A stretch of 64,000 nt of DNA from an uncultured bacterium (GCA_937903605.1 CALCZC010000025.1:281372-345371), one strand, 5' to 3'; numbered from the stretch's first letter, positions 1-9,097 are shown. A program made the numbers and translations. Notes: generated from the letters alone by a model not told the origin.

Positions 1-165
1 ATTTTCTATTTTGTTTAGCACCCGAAGACCCAGAGGTAAAAAAATGTAAACCCCAGCCATTTGCTTAGTAATAAACCCGGCTTGGGTCAAAAGCTTGGCA
101 TTTGTACTATCCGCATCGGAAACTGCAGTTTTACTGGTTTTGGTAAAAAGTTGAGAAAATTTCAT
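1..165 (-). CDS. proS: proline--tRNA ligase, N-terminal fragment; the gene runs off the window edge at position 1 (its 3' end lies outside the window)
   Basis: Minus-strand translation from the ATG at 163-165 reads MKFSQLFTKTSKTAVSDADSTNAKLLTQAGFITKQMAGVYIFLPLGLRVLNKIEN. This matches the conserved ProRS N-terminus pattern (LLxRAGFI..AGxYxxLPLGxRVLxKIEN). The frame stays open to position 1. Confidence 0.6.
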   Translation of the reverse strand, partial: MKFSQLFTKTSKTAVSDADSTNAKLLTQAGFITKQMAGVYIFLPLGLRVLNKIEN

Positions 166-302
166 AAGATTAATAATAGTTATGAAAAAATTATACTAAA
201 ATAACGGTTTTTTGTCAAAAAAATCTTTATTTGACTAAACACTAAATAAGCCTTACACTTTATTTAGTACCTTAACATTTTTCCTTTATAACGGAGGTTA
301 TT

Positions 303-980
303 ATGGGTGAAAAAAAAGGATTTCTACAAGATCTTAAGGAAAAAGGTCTTGAGGCTCTTGAACAAATTGGTCATCTACCCAGAGAAGATCTGGACAGATT
401 AAAGAAAAAATTAACCAAGACCACTCTGAGTTTTATTAACAAAAGAAGAAATCCTGACAAATTAAACTCCGAGATTATCAAAAAGCTACATAGAAAAAGA
501 TGGCTCAAACCACTACTAGAGTTTCCTTACCAAGAAGTTGAAAACTCTACGATAGTCGTCATGGGAGTCAACGATTACCATTCTTTACTCGGACTCGGAC
601 TCAACACTACTTTTTTTCTCGCTCTTGACGGTGGTGGTATCATGTCCTATCCCGGTTGTCCGCTTATAAAATCCGAACTTCCTCCCCGCTACAAAGAAAG
701 TTTTTTTCTCAATGAGCAACTCTCAAAAATAATTCCGCATCACCCGGAAATCGAACGAATTTTCCTTATATCGTCATTTCCTCTTTCGGAATCTATAAAT
801 CAAGATCCTTTTTGGAATATCAAATTCGTTACTATTTGGTTGGCCGAAGCACAAGAATATCTTTTGCACGTAATCAAAAAAATCGAAGTCTTCCCTTTTC
901 TTATCTATAATGACAGGCTCTACCAAGTGATGACTGAAAAAGTTCTGATTGAAAAAAATGAAGGAAAAATCGGACTTTAA
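303..980 (+). CDS. hypothetical protein (225 aa)
   Basis: Clean ORF. An SD-like ACGGAGGT sits 7 nt upstream of the ATG. An upstream TTGACT-N17-TACACT promoter-like motif is present. Two GC hairpin terminators follow directly. No recognisable domain. Confidence 0.5.
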   Translation: MGEKKGFLQDLKEKGLEALEQIGHLPREDLDRLKKKLTKTTLSFINKRRNPDKLNSEIIKKLHRKRWLKPLLEFPYQEVENSTIVVMGVNDYHSLLGLGLNTTFFLALDGGGIMSYPGCPLIKSELPPRYKESFFLNEQLSKIIPHHPEIERIFLISSFPLSESINQDPFWNIKFVTIWLAEAQEYLLHVIKKIEVFPFLIYNDRLYQVMTEKVLIEKNEGKIGL

Positions 981-1002
981 TCCGAAAAAATAAAGCCTGG
1001 CC

Positions 1003-1050
1003 TGTTGGCCGGGCTTTTTATTTAAAAGACCCGCGTGAAACGGGTCTTTT
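1003..1050. terminator. pair of GC-rich hairpins (GCCTGGCC-tgtt-GGCCGGGC; GACCCG-cgtgaaa-CGGGTC) flanked by A/T runs; bidirectional intrinsic terminator between convergent genes
   Basis: Perfect inverted repeats are read directly from the sequence. T-runs follow on both strands. Confidence 0.6.
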
Positions 1051-1053
1051 ATT

Positions 1054-1506
1054 TTATTTTAAACTCAATTTTTCTTCCAATAACTTTTTATAAATATCTT
1101 TGCGATAAAGAGTGCCAATGGGTTTACCATTTTCCATTACAGTCAATCTATCAGTACTGCGTGCCAACATCAATGCTCCGGCCTTGAGTGCTGGTTCATT
1201 AGGGCCAATAGTAAAGACATCTCGTTTCATAAAAACCTCCACTCTCTTACTACGAATTTGTTCAGGTTTTCCTTCTCGTTCTTCAAAATCCGTATACATT
1301 TCCGGGTTATCATAATAACTGGTATAAAAAGGATAAAGAATACGGAACAAGTCTTTTTCTGATACAAAGCCAACCAATCTTTCATCTTCATCCAAAACAA
1401 TCGCTCCGCCGGCGTTATTTTCTTGTAAAGTTCTAAAAACTTGTTCATAAGTGGTGCCGGTATAAACGGCGAGGACCTTAGGGTCCATGAGATCACGGAC
1501 GAGCAT
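1054..1506 (-). CDS. CBS-domain pair protein (about 150 aa)
   Basis: Two CBS-like repeats (…VLAVYTGTTYEQVFRTLQENNAGGAIVLDEDERLVGFVSEKDLFRIL… and …KRDVFTIGPNEPALKAGALMLARSTDRLTVMENGKPIGTLYRKDIYK). The ORF-track start at 1557 is a TTG inside a hairpin. I place the start at the in-frame ATG at 1504-1506 (MLVRDLMDPKV). Confidence 0.7.
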   Translation of the reverse strand: MLVRDLMDPKVLAVYTGTTYEQVFRTLQENNAGGAIVLDEDERLVGFVSEKDLFRILYPFYTSYYDNPEMYTDFEEREGKPEQIRSKRVEVFMKRDVFTIGPNEPALKAGALMLARSTDRLTVMENGKPIGTLYRKDIYKKLLEEKLSLK

Positions 1507-1538
1507 ATGTTTAAAATTATTAATTTTTAATTTTTTTA

Positions 1539-1591
1539 CCCCGTGAAATCCTGTCAAAGACAGGATCGCCTTCGGCGATATTTCACAGGGG
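1539..1591 (-). promoter_or_regulatory. compact three-way-junction RNA element in the uppP/CBS intergenic region
   Basis: An outer stem CCCCGTGAAAT/ATTTCAC(A)GGGG (11 bp, one bulge) directly encloses two perfect hairpins (CCTGTC-aaa-GACAGG and ATCGCC-ttc-GGCGAT). The junction has no unpaired spacer. The element lies 33 nt upstream of the CBS-gene ATG. Confidence 0.35.
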
Positions 1592-1627
1592 TGAATTTTT
1601 AATTAATTTTTAACCTATACATTAATT

Positions 1628-2395
1628 TTATCTTATAAATAACCAAAAAACAATAGCTATGATAATGCGATAAACCCCAAACCCTACAAAAGTATATTTT
1701 TTAACTAAAGCTAGTAAAAATTTAATTGATAAAACAGCTACTAAAAAAGCGATTATAAAACCGACAAACAATAACCCAAACTGGTCAAATGAAAATGTGG
1801 TTGCATTTTTTAATAAATCATAGCCTGTGGCCGCACCCATAGTTGGAATAGCCAAAAGAAAAGAAAACTCTACTATTGTTTGTCTTTTCATTCTCTGGGT
1901 TAATCCACCGATAATCGTAGAGGCAGAACGAGAAACTCCGGGGATCATAGCAATACATTGATACAAACCGACGATAAGTGATTGTTTATAAGAAATATTT
2001 TCTACCGAAGAAATATCGGTTTCTTTTTCTTGGTGCCAAAGTTCAAAAATTATTAAAGCAATACCGCCTAAAAATAATGACCATAAAACTATAGTGTTAC
2101 CTGTGAGCATCTGTTTGATAAACGGATAAAAAGTAAAACCCAAAATCGCCGAGGGTAAAAAAGCAACCATAATTTTTTTCCAAATTTCAATACCAGCAAA
2201 AAGTTTTTTCCAATAAAGAAAGATCACAGCCAAAATAGCTCCAAGCTGTATACTGATAGTAAACGTAGATAAAAAATCACTATGCGGTAAAGAAAGCAGA
2301 TCAGCGGTTAAAATCATATGTCCAGTGGAAGAAATGGGCAAAAATTCGGTAATTCCTTCAACAATAGCAATGATAATAGCGTGAAGGTAAGACAT
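1628..2395 (-). CDS. uppP: undecaprenyl-diphosphatase
   Basis: MSYLHAIIIAIVEGITEFLPISSTGHMIL… is a typical BacA/UppP N-terminus. The protein is a polytopic membrane protein. The start is placed at the ATG at 2393-2395 (MSYLH) rather than the longer ORF-track start, which would overlap the upstream gene. Confidence 0.85.
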   Translation of the reverse strand: MSYLHAIIIAIVEGITEFLPISSTGHMILTADLLSLPHSDFLSTFTISIQLGAILAVIFLYWKKLFAGIEIWKKIMVAFLPSAILGFTFYPFIKQMLTGNTIVLWSLFLGGIALIIFELWHQEKETDISSVENISYKQSLIVGLYQCIAMIPGVSRSASTIIGGLTQRMKRQTIVEFSFLLAIPTMGAATGYDLLKNATTFSFDQFGLLFVGFIIAFLVAVLSIKFLLALVKKYTFVGFGVYRIIIAIVFWLFIR

Positions 2396-2405
2396 AATTG
2401 GATAT

Positions 2406-3464
2406 TTATTTTTTTGTTGTAGTAATGGTAGATGTAGCAACAATTTCTTCTTCCATGGTTGTAGTAGCGTTTGGCACGGTCGGAATTTCTATTTTTGCTC
2501 CATCAACTTCTACAGCAATCGGAGCAAAAGGGGTCTTATCACAATAGAAATTATTTTCACCACAACCCAGTTGAAGCCATTCATAAATACGACTCGGATC
2601 CTCGTCTATGGCCATATAAACTTGATAAACATGGGGAAATTGTTTCAAGGTATTTTCTATTTGCGATAAGAATTGTGCACTACCACAAGAACTGTTAGCG
2701 TTTGGGATCAGAGTGCGCAGATCCTTAAGATTTACCAAGGCCACATTTTCCACCACTTTTACACTACGTAAAATTTTCGCTGTAGTGGTGTTAAAAAAAC
2801 TTTGAAAACCAGCTTCTACTTGAGCATCATTTGGACCGGCAAATAAAGTGCGCAAAGCTTGTTCTTCGTAAGATTGAGTGCCGGAAACTGAGATTTCTAC
2901 CGGATAAGACAATCGACAATCTAACATCTCCGGATTTAATTTTATATTATTAAAAAAAACTTTAAATTTATTTAATTTAAATTCTTTACCCGAATCTATT
3001 TTAAAACTATTGATAACCTCGTTTACACCGCGATGCAAAATAATAAATTCCTCCATTTGCGGAGAAGTATAAGGATTATCCAGTGTACGTACCAAGACAA
3101 AAACATGATTATTGGTATAGGCAAAAACTTGTTGATTCAAAATAAGTTCCTGATTGTTTTTATAAGTTTGCCAGGTTTCAAAAGGATAAACAACTAGACG
3201 AAAAATAGGATATTCCTGTCCTGGTAAGCCATTATAAACAAAAGATAAAACCTCAATATCGTTTTGCATTTCTTCTACCAAACTAAAATTACCAAGCCAA
3301 CCATCAGGAAATGAAAGTGAAAAACCATATTTATCCGAATAATAATTTTTTTGATTATATCCTTCCATCTTTTGTGGACCAGATTGTTTTTGTGTACAAC
3401 CAGAAAAAACAATGACGCACACAAACAACAGTGATACAAAAAAGACTTTTTTAAATCTTAACAT
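2406..3464 (-). CDS. lipoprotein of unknown function (352 aa)
   Basis: Lipoprotein signal peptide MLRFKKVFFVSLLFVCVIVFSGC with lipobox cysteine. The remainder has no confidently recognisable domain. Confidence 0.6.
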   Translation of the reverse strand: MLRFKKVFFVSLLFVCVIVFSGCTQKQSGPQKMEGYNQKNYYSDKYGFSLSFPDGWLGNFSLVEEMQNDIEVLSFVYNGLPGQEYPIFRLVVYPFETWQTYKNNQELILNQQVFAYTNNHVFVLVRTLDNPYTSPQMEEFIILHRGVNEVINSFKIDSGKEFKLNKFKVFFNNIKLNPEMLDCRLSYPVEISVSGTQSYEEQALRTLFAGPNDAQVEAGFQSFFNTTTAKILRSVKVVENVALVNLKDLRTLIPNANSSCGSAQFLSQIENTLKQFPHVYQVYMAIDEDPSRIYEWLQLGCGENNFYCDKTPFAPIAVEVDGAKIEIPTVPNATTTMEEEIVATSTITTTKK

Positions 3465-3532
3465 AGTTCGTATTTTAAAAATATTAAAAATTGGATATTA
3501 ATACTCTTATTTTAATCCAAAACAAATAAAAA

Positions 3533-3568
3533 GGCAATAAAAAAGGCGCAGCTATGGGAAGCTGCGCC
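3533..3568 (-). terminator. strong intrinsic terminator (GGCGCAGC-ttcccata-GCTGCGCC followed by TTTTTTATTG on the minus strand)
   Basis: Perfect 8-bp GC stem plus U-run, read on the minus strand. Confidence 0.75.
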
Positions 3569-4136
3569 AAGGTACGACACAAGGTACGAAACGGGACAAA
3601 AACAATTCGGATCCTTTGACAGGGATAAAGGCGAATACAACAGCCTCCGGTAAAAACCGCTTTAGTAGGACCTTTTTGGCCAGCGTGTTAGCCATCAGGA
3701 CCTCAAGACTGTTGTTTCCAAGAACTTGGATTGGAGAGGATAGCCAAGACCACATTACAACCTTACCTCTAACAAGCAAGAAAAAGCTACTTAACAGCGG
3801 CTTGCATCTTCGCACAAACTGTAAAATAGCTGGATACCTCTGCTTAAAAGCTACCGCTTCTGAAAAAACGGAGTAAGCTTTACCGATAAACTCGGCAGGT
3901 TTAGGCATCACTTACGATACGCTTGTTGCACTGCTATGACCTAGATGAAGGAAACAGTGCATGGGTTTTTTGATTGCAGCAGATAGAACTGCCAGGTCTT
4001 TGTTGGCGACCAAGTCCCTAGCACAGACAAAAGAGTTTAAGTTGTTTTTTTCTGTGCGAAAAAACACTCCATCTTTTTTCAGTAGTGACCGCTTACCTGT
4101 CTGTCAAAGAACATGTTTTCTGTCCAAAAAAACATA
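3537..4136 (-). ncRNA. candidate ~600-nt structured non-coding RNA of unknown family (orphan transcription unit)
   Basis: Bounded upstream by a near-consensus promoter (TTGACT-N16-TATAAT, minus strand, -10 at 4143-4148). Bounded downstream by the strong terminator at 3533-3568. G+C is clearly higher than the surrounding genes and local hairpins are numerous. The only ORFs (119 aa minus, 86 aa plus) lack an RBS and would read through the terminator stem. Confidence 0.45.
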
Positions 4137-4142
4137 AACAAA

Positions 4143-4170
4143 ATTATAAACCTTTTTTTGTAAAAGTCAA
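4143..4170 (-). promoter_or_regulatory. near-consensus sigma70-type promoter (TTGACT-N16-TATAAT) driving the orphan RNA unit
   Basis: Read on the minus strand: gTTGACTtttacaaaaaaaggttTATAATt. Confidence 0.6.
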
Positions 4171-4179
4171 CCTGTGGAT

Positions 4180-4203
4180 AAAAAAACCCGGACTAAATCC
4201 GGG
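4180..4203 (-). terminator. intrinsic terminator of the response-regulator gene (CCCGGA-tttagt-CCGGG plus T7 on minus strand)
   Basis: Hairpin plus U-run lies directly downstream of the stop at 4212. Confidence 0.65.
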
Positions 4204-4211
4204 CTATGTAA

Positions 4212-4601
4212 CTAATCACTCAATTTTTTCTTAAAAATTTCTAATAACTTTTCCAAATTAAGCGGTTTCAGAAAAAGGGATTCCGAAAAAGTTTCTTTTA
4301 CTTCATCGTAAAGTGATGAGTGAATGCTCGCAGTCATAAACATTACTTGCGGACACTCTTCGCCGAGAGCTTCGGTGTCAGCCTCTATCACCCGAATCAC
4401 ATCTAGTCCGGAGATAAATGGCATATGGAGATCTGTCAAAATGATTTTTATCTCTTTTTGATTCTGTATGAATTTCCGCAATCCTTCTTGGCCGTTTTTG
4501 GCCGTGATTATTTCCAAATCAGTTCCGCGAAAAAATCTCACCATGGTAAAAAGTGAAAGTTCGTCATCGTCAATAATTAAAATCTTCTTTTTTCCATTCA
4601 T
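4212..4601 (-). CDS. stand-alone response-regulator receiver (CheY-like) domain protein, 129 aa
   Basis: MNGKKKILIIDDDELSLFTMVRFF…ILTDLHMPFISGLDV… shows the receiver acidic pocket, phospho-acceptor Asp and a later Lys. No output domain. GGAG RBS. Own promoter-like TTGATT-N17-TAAGAT and own terminator, so monocistronic. Confidence 0.8.
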   Translation of the reverse strand: MNGKKKILIIDDDELSLFTMVRFFRGTDLEIITAKNGQEGLRKFIQNQKEIKIILTDLHMPFISGLDVIRVIEADTEALGEECPQVMFMTASIHSSLYDEVKETFSESLFLKPLNLEKLLEIFKKKLSD

Positions 4602-4710
4602 TTTATTCTCCTTTTTTGAAAAAATATTAAAGAACTCAACGGATCATCTTAGCACAAAACCAAATAAAAATCAAGGATTAATCACCCTTGATTTTTATCT
4701 TGATAAAATT

Positions 4711-5748
4711 TTAGTCTTTACCATGCGCAATACTTTCTTTTATTCCGGCGGAAGTAATAGAAATAAAATCGGCCTTTCCTTTTATATCTTCTATATTTTC
4801 CGCGCCCACATATGTCATCCCCGAAGCCAAACCGCCCAAAATCCTCTTTATTATCGGCGCTACTGGGCCTTTGAATGGCACAACTGTCATTTCTCCTTCT
4901 ACATGCACCACTTCATCGGTTTTTTGCCCATCCATCTGCATTTTCTTTATTGTGGCGGCAAAACTAGCCATCCCACGATATTCTTTGAATTTATTTTTTC
5001 CTTTGATAATTATCTTTCCCGGAGTTTCTGCTACGCCGGCAAACATAGAACCTATCATCACCGTGTCAGCCCCCGCACCAATAGCTTTACTGACATCACC
5101 GGGTTGTTTTATTCCACCGTCGGCACAAATCGGCACTCGGCCTTGTGCGGCTTCATAAGCATCCATTATAGCGGTAATTTGTGGTACCCCTGCTCCGGTC
5201 ATTACTCTGGTTGTACACATTGATCCTGGCCCTATCCCAACTTTTATTGCATCCGCTCCTTTATGAATAAAATATTCAGCTGCATCTTTGGTGGCAATAT
5301 TTCCCGCCATTACATCAATTTGAGGAAAGTTCTTTTTAATATATTCCACGATTTTACCCATGCGCTTGCAATGACCGTGTGCAATATCCAAAACAACTAT
5401 ATTGACTCCGGCTTTGGCCAAAGCCATTACTCTTTCTTCAAAATCTTTGACTCCGACAGCTGCAGCAGCCAATAATTTTTGTTTTTTGATTTTTTCTATT
5501 TCTTTCGCTTGTTCTTTTATAGTTAGAAAACGATGAACAACTCCCAAGCCCCCCAAACGACCAATGGCTATAGCCATATCGCTTTCACAAACGGTGTCCA
5601 TATTGGCGGCCAAAATCGGCATATCCAATTCATAATTTTTGGTAACTCTGGTTTTGAAACTAACATCTTTGCGCGAAAAAACTTTGTTGTATTTGGGAAC
5701 AATCAAAACATCGTCAAAAGAATATCCTGAGCCGATAATACGAGCCAT
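4711..5748 (-). CDS. IMP dehydrogenase/GMP reductase family protein lacking the CBS subdomain (345 aa)
   Basis: [35 protein letters not shown]…, catalytic loop [11 protein letters not shown], and C-terminal [28 protein letters not shown]. The length and absence of CBS fit GuaC-like or CBS-less GuaB. Confidence 0.8.
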   Translation of the reverse strand: MARIIGSGYSFDDVLIVPKYNKVFSRKDVSFKTRVTKNYELDMPILAANMDTVCESDMAIAIGRLGGLGVVHRFLTIKEQAKEIEKIKKQKLLAAAAVGVKDFEERVMALAKAGVNIVVLDIAHGHCKRMGKIVEYIKKNFPQIDVMAGNIATKDAAEYFIHKGADAIKVGIGPGSMCTTRVMTGAGVPQITAIMDAYEAAQGRVPICADGGIKQPGDVSKAIGAGADTVMIGSMFAGVAETPGKIIIKGKNKFKEYRGMASFAATIKKMQMDGQKTDEVVHVEGEMTVVPFKGPVAPIIKRILGGLASGMTYVGAENIEDIKGKADFISITSAGIKESIAHGKD

Positions 5749-5792
5749 ACAAATAATTTTAGATTGAGGATTTAAAGATTGAAGATTTTTTG

Positions 5793-5864
5793 TAGCCCGT
5801 AGGGGAATCGAACCCCTCTTACTGCCTTGAGAAGGCGGCGTCCTAACCGATAGACGAACGGGCC
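5793..5864 (-). tRNA. tRNA-Glu (anticodon CUC), 72 nt, CCA not encoded
   Basis: Minus-strand sequence GGCCCGTTCGTCTATCGGTTAGGACGCCGCCTTCTCAAGGCAGTAAGAGGGGTTCGATTCCCCTACGGGCTA folds as a cloverleaf. The acceptor stem starts with a G1-U wobble. T-arm is AGGGG/CCCCT with a TTCGATT loop. The anticodon loop is TTCTCAA, with one C-A mismatch in the anticodon stem. Overall layout is close to bacterial tRNA-Glu. Own TTGACT-N17-TATATT promoter upstream. Confidence 0.8.
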
Positions 5865-5941
5865 AAAACCAACAAATAATATAATAAAAAAACCAAAAAA
5901 AGTCAATCCGCCAAAACGGCGGATTGTGTTAATCTTTTTAT

Positions 5942-7237
5942 TTATTTCTTCATCCAATATTCTTCTTGTCGCACTAATAACTCTCCTGCTTTTTCCGGTT
6001 CAGCCATAACTTCTTTGACTATTTTTTCCATCCTGGTACTTTGTGAACCTTTTATCAAGATAACATCACCCTTTTCCATTTTATCTTGCAAAAACTTACC
6101 GGCTGAAGCACTATCATCAAAAACCGCCACTTTATTTTCATCCATCCCTGCTTCTCTGGCCGCAGCAGCAGTAAATTTTTTACTAGCTTGTCCAACAGTT
6201 ATCAAATAATCAATTTCTTTTTCCGCCACTTTGAAACCTATTTCTCGATGAGCATTTTCAGTATCAGTACCAAGTTCCAACATATCTCCTAAAACTGCTA
6301 TTCTTTTACCTTTGTCTTGAGGGTGAATTTTTGTCAAAGCATTCAAAGCACTTCTAACTGCGTCGGGACTAGAGTTGTAAGTATCGTCAATGAGTAAAGT
6401 TTGTTTGATTCCTGGGATAATACGCATATGTCCGCTCAACGGTTTTATTTTTCGCAAAGCCAAAGCCCCGTCAACTAAATTTATTCCAAAAATATGTCCG
6501 ACTGTCAAACCAGCCAATGCTGCAGGAATAAATTGTTCAGCAATAAATCCGGGTAGAAATACCGGTACAATATTACCTCGAAAAGAAACTTTAAAATTAA
6601 GCCCTGTTGGCCAACCTGTTTGTTCATCGTCAATAACATTAATGTCTGTGGCTTGAAAATCAGCTCCGTCTTTGAAACCGTAAGTAAAAGTTTCGGCGTT
6701 AGTTTTAGCACTTTGCATCACCATTTCATTATCAAAATTTAATACTGCAAAACCGTCTTCTTTGAGATGAGAAACTATCAAACGTTTTTCTTGCGCGATT
6801 TTTTTCACGGTTTTGAAAAATTCAATATGTGTATTACCGATAAAAGTCAGTACCCCGACTTTGCATGGCGCTATATCAATAAGATATTCAATATCTCCTG
6901 GCTTATCCGCACCCATTTCTAACACCAAGATATCAGGATAATTTTTATCACGATTAAAACGCAACGCAAAAGCTTTGGCAAAAACCTTAAACCAACCCAA
7001 AATATCCTTGCCTGGAGTTTTTTCCACCCCAATAATAGTAAGAGGCATTCCAATTTCATTGTTGTAATTTTTTTTGTTGGAACGCACATTAAATTTACTG
7101 GCAAGCACAGAGGCGATAGCTTCTTTGGCCGAGGTTTTACCGATAGAACCAGTAATCCCAATGATGTCGGGTTTATATTTTTTTAGAATTTTCTTCGCGC
7201 AATGACGAAGCAACATCTGCAAAATAGTTTTTAACAT
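5942..7237 (-). CDS. murF: UDP-N-acetylmuramoyl-tripeptide--D-alanyl-D-alanine ligase
   Basis: GITGSIGKTSAKEAIASVL P-loop of Mur ligases. Length and motif order fit MurF. A hairpin terminator (AATCCGCC-gtttt-GGCGGATT) follows. Confidence 0.85.
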   Translation of the reverse strand: MLKTILQMLLRHCAKKILKKYKPDIIGITGSIGKTSAKEAIASVLASKFNVRSNKKNYNNEIGMPLTIIGVEKTPGKDILGWFKVFAKAFALRFNRDKNYPDILVLEMGADKPGDIEYLIDIAPCKVGVLTFIGNTHIEFFKTVKKIAQEKRLIVSHLKEDGFAVLNFDNEMVMQSAKTNAETFTYGFKDGADFQATDINVIDDEQTGWPTGLNFKVSFRGNIVPVFLPGFIAEQFIPAALAGLTVGHIFGINLVDGALALRKIKPLSGHMRIIPGIKQTLLIDDTYNSSPDAVRSALNALTKIHPQDKGKRIAVLGDMLELGTDTENAHREIGFKVAEKEIDYLITVGQASKKFTAAAAREAGMDENKVAVFDDSASAGKFLQDKMEKGDVILIKGSQSTRMEKIVKEVMAEPEKAGELLVRQEEYWMKK

Positions 7238-7272
7238 ACTTTTTATAATTTAAAATTTATAATTTAAAATCT

Positions 7273-9003
7273 CTATCTGTCTTCCTCCACCCCATAATAA
7301 TCCATAGTAAATTTTGCCAGATCTTTAAAAGTTACCGCTGCTGTACCCTCGGCCCAGAGACGCTGCGGTTTCTCATATTTTACCACAATAACAACTTTAG
7401 GATTTTTGGCCGGCAAAAAACCGCAAAAAGTATGATTAGTATCAGTCTCACTATAACCTCGCGGACCAGCAATTTGTGCTGTCCCGGTTTTGCCAGCCAC
7501 AAAATAATGATCCAACCTAACTGTCTGTGTATAAGTTCTTTCTACCACCGATGTTAACATAGCTGAAAGTAATTTGGAAGCTCGAGAAGAAATAATTTGA
7601 ACAGGCTCTTTTGTTTGACTTTCTTCTATACCTCCATCACTTCTTATTATTTTTTCAACTATATGTGGTTGAATTATTTTTCCACCATTGGCTATAACAC
7701 TATAAGCAGAAGCAAGTTGAACCGGTGTCACCATAAGACCTTGTCCAAAAGATGCTTGGGCCGGACCAATTTGTGATTTTTTTTCCAAATTTTTCAAATT
7801 TCCCGGCATTTCTCTATCCAATTCTACACCGGTCTTTTCGCCAAAACCATATTGTTTCAAATATTCATTCATCTTTTCCCAGCCAATTTTTTCTGCTAAC
7901 CACATCATCCCTGTATTAACAGAATTTTCTAAAACACCGGTCATAGAAATAGTACCATAACATTTTTTCATGGCATTACGAATCGTATACGGACCGTATT
8001 TCATCTCGCAAGGATCGTTAAACAAAGTATCAGGAGTAACCAGTTCCATATCTAAACCCATACTCATCACTACTGGTTTAAAAACAGAACCCGGTTCATA
8101 TGGGGTAAAAATAGCCTGATTATTGTAATGAGAAACTTCAGAAACTTTACCATAATCATTGGGATCAAAATCCGGATAAGAACACATTGCCAAAATCGCA
8201 CCAGTTTGTGGATTCATCATTATCAGCGCTGCAGTCTGTGCTTTGTAACTTTCTACTCCCTTTTTCAATAATTCACAGGCTTTGTGCTGTAATGCTCTAT
8301 CAATTGTCAAAATCAGACTATCACCATCTTTGGCTTCAATTGTCGTCATATCCGCTAAAGTTATCCAACTTCCACGAGCTCCACGCTCCCCAAAAAGATA
8401 TCCACCTTTCCCAGCTAAAACTTTATTCCAATAACCTTCTACTCCGTAATTTCCACGCATATTATTATCCGCATCCATATTACAAAAACCCAAAACCGGT
8501 CCACCTAATTCGTTCTCCGGATAATAACGGTATTCTTCAGCAGAATTATAAATTCCTTTTAAATTAGCTTCTACTATTTTTTCTTTTACATCATCTGTAA
8601 TTTTACGTGCCAAAGATTCAAAAGGATCATTATCTTTGGATAATTTGGCGCGAATCGCTTCTTTTTTTTCTTCATCCAATTGCAGAATCTCGGCAATTTT
8701 TTCTGTTGTGCTATTGATATCTATTTTATCTATTTCTTTAGGAACGGCATATATTTGATAATAATAACGATTTATAGCCGCCGGAAAATTTTCACCGGTA
8801 CGTGTATCTTGAAAAAAAACTTGCCCACGTTTAGGATGAATCTTCTGATAAATCTCGTGAGTACTCAAAGCTAAAGTTTTATAATAATCGTGTTGAAATA
8901 CTTGTAAATAAAAAAGTTTGCCGATAATTATAACGGCAACTAAAACAAAAAATCCTGACAACAAGCGAAGTTCTAACGAATTGTCCTCCTCACGATTAAA
9001 CAT
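7273..9003 (-). CDS. ftsI: peptidoglycan D,D-transpeptidase (class B penicillin-binding protein, FtsI/PBP2-like)
   Basis: N-terminal membrane anchor and PBP dimerisation region. The transpeptidase domain carries SVFKP (SxxK), SSN-like and KTG(T) motifs (FVAGKTGTAQ). Confidence 0.85.
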   Translation of the reverse strand: MFNREEDNSLELRLLSGFFVLVAVIIIGKLFYLQVFQHDYYKTLALSTHEIYQKIHPKRGQVFFQDTRTGENFPAAINRYYYQIYAVPKEIDKIDINSTTEKIAEILQLDEEKKEAIRAKLSKDNDPFESLARKITDDVKEKIVEANLKGIYNSAEEYRYYPENELGGPVLGFCNMDADNNMRGNYGVEGYWNKVLAGKGGYLFGERGARGSWITLADMTTIEAKDGDSLILTIDRALQHKACELLKKGVESYKAQTAALIMMNPQTGAILAMCSYPDFDPNDYGKVSEVSHYNNQAIFTPYEPGSVFKPVVMSMGLDMELVTPDTLFNDPCEMKYGPYTIRNAMKKCYGTISMTGVLENSVNTGMMWLAEKIGWEKMNEYLKQYGFGEKTGVELDREMPGNLKNLEKKSQIGPAQASFGQGLMVTPVQLASAYSVIANGGKIIQPHIVEKIIRSDGGIEESQTKEPVQIISSRASKLLSAMLTSVVERTYTQTVRLDHYFVAGKTGTAQIAGPRGYSETDTNHTFCGFLPAKNPKVVIVVKYEKPQRLWAEGTAAVTFKDLAKFTMDYYGVEEDR

Positions 9004-9097
9004 AAAAAAGATTGCAAAATTAAAAGATTACAAAATTACAAGATTAATACCTTTCCAAATAATCTTTCAATCTTTAAATCTTGTAATCTTGAAATTT

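Noticed and set aside
3552-3911. 119-aa minus-strand ORF (and 86-aa plus ORF at 3616-3876) inside the GC-rich orphan unit
   Set aside because: No RBS. Composition is not protein-like (W/C/R-rich with low-complexity runs). The minus ORF would be translated through the terminator stem. I treat the region as non-coding RNA instead.
4468-5223. 251-aa plus-strand ORF
   Set aside because: Entirely antisense to the well-supported IMPDH/GMP-reductase-family gene. Composition is low-complexity (F/S/H-rich). No RBS.
5772-5957. 61-aa minus ORF
   Set aside because: It overlaps the tRNA-Glu gene and its promoter/terminator region. It is spurious.
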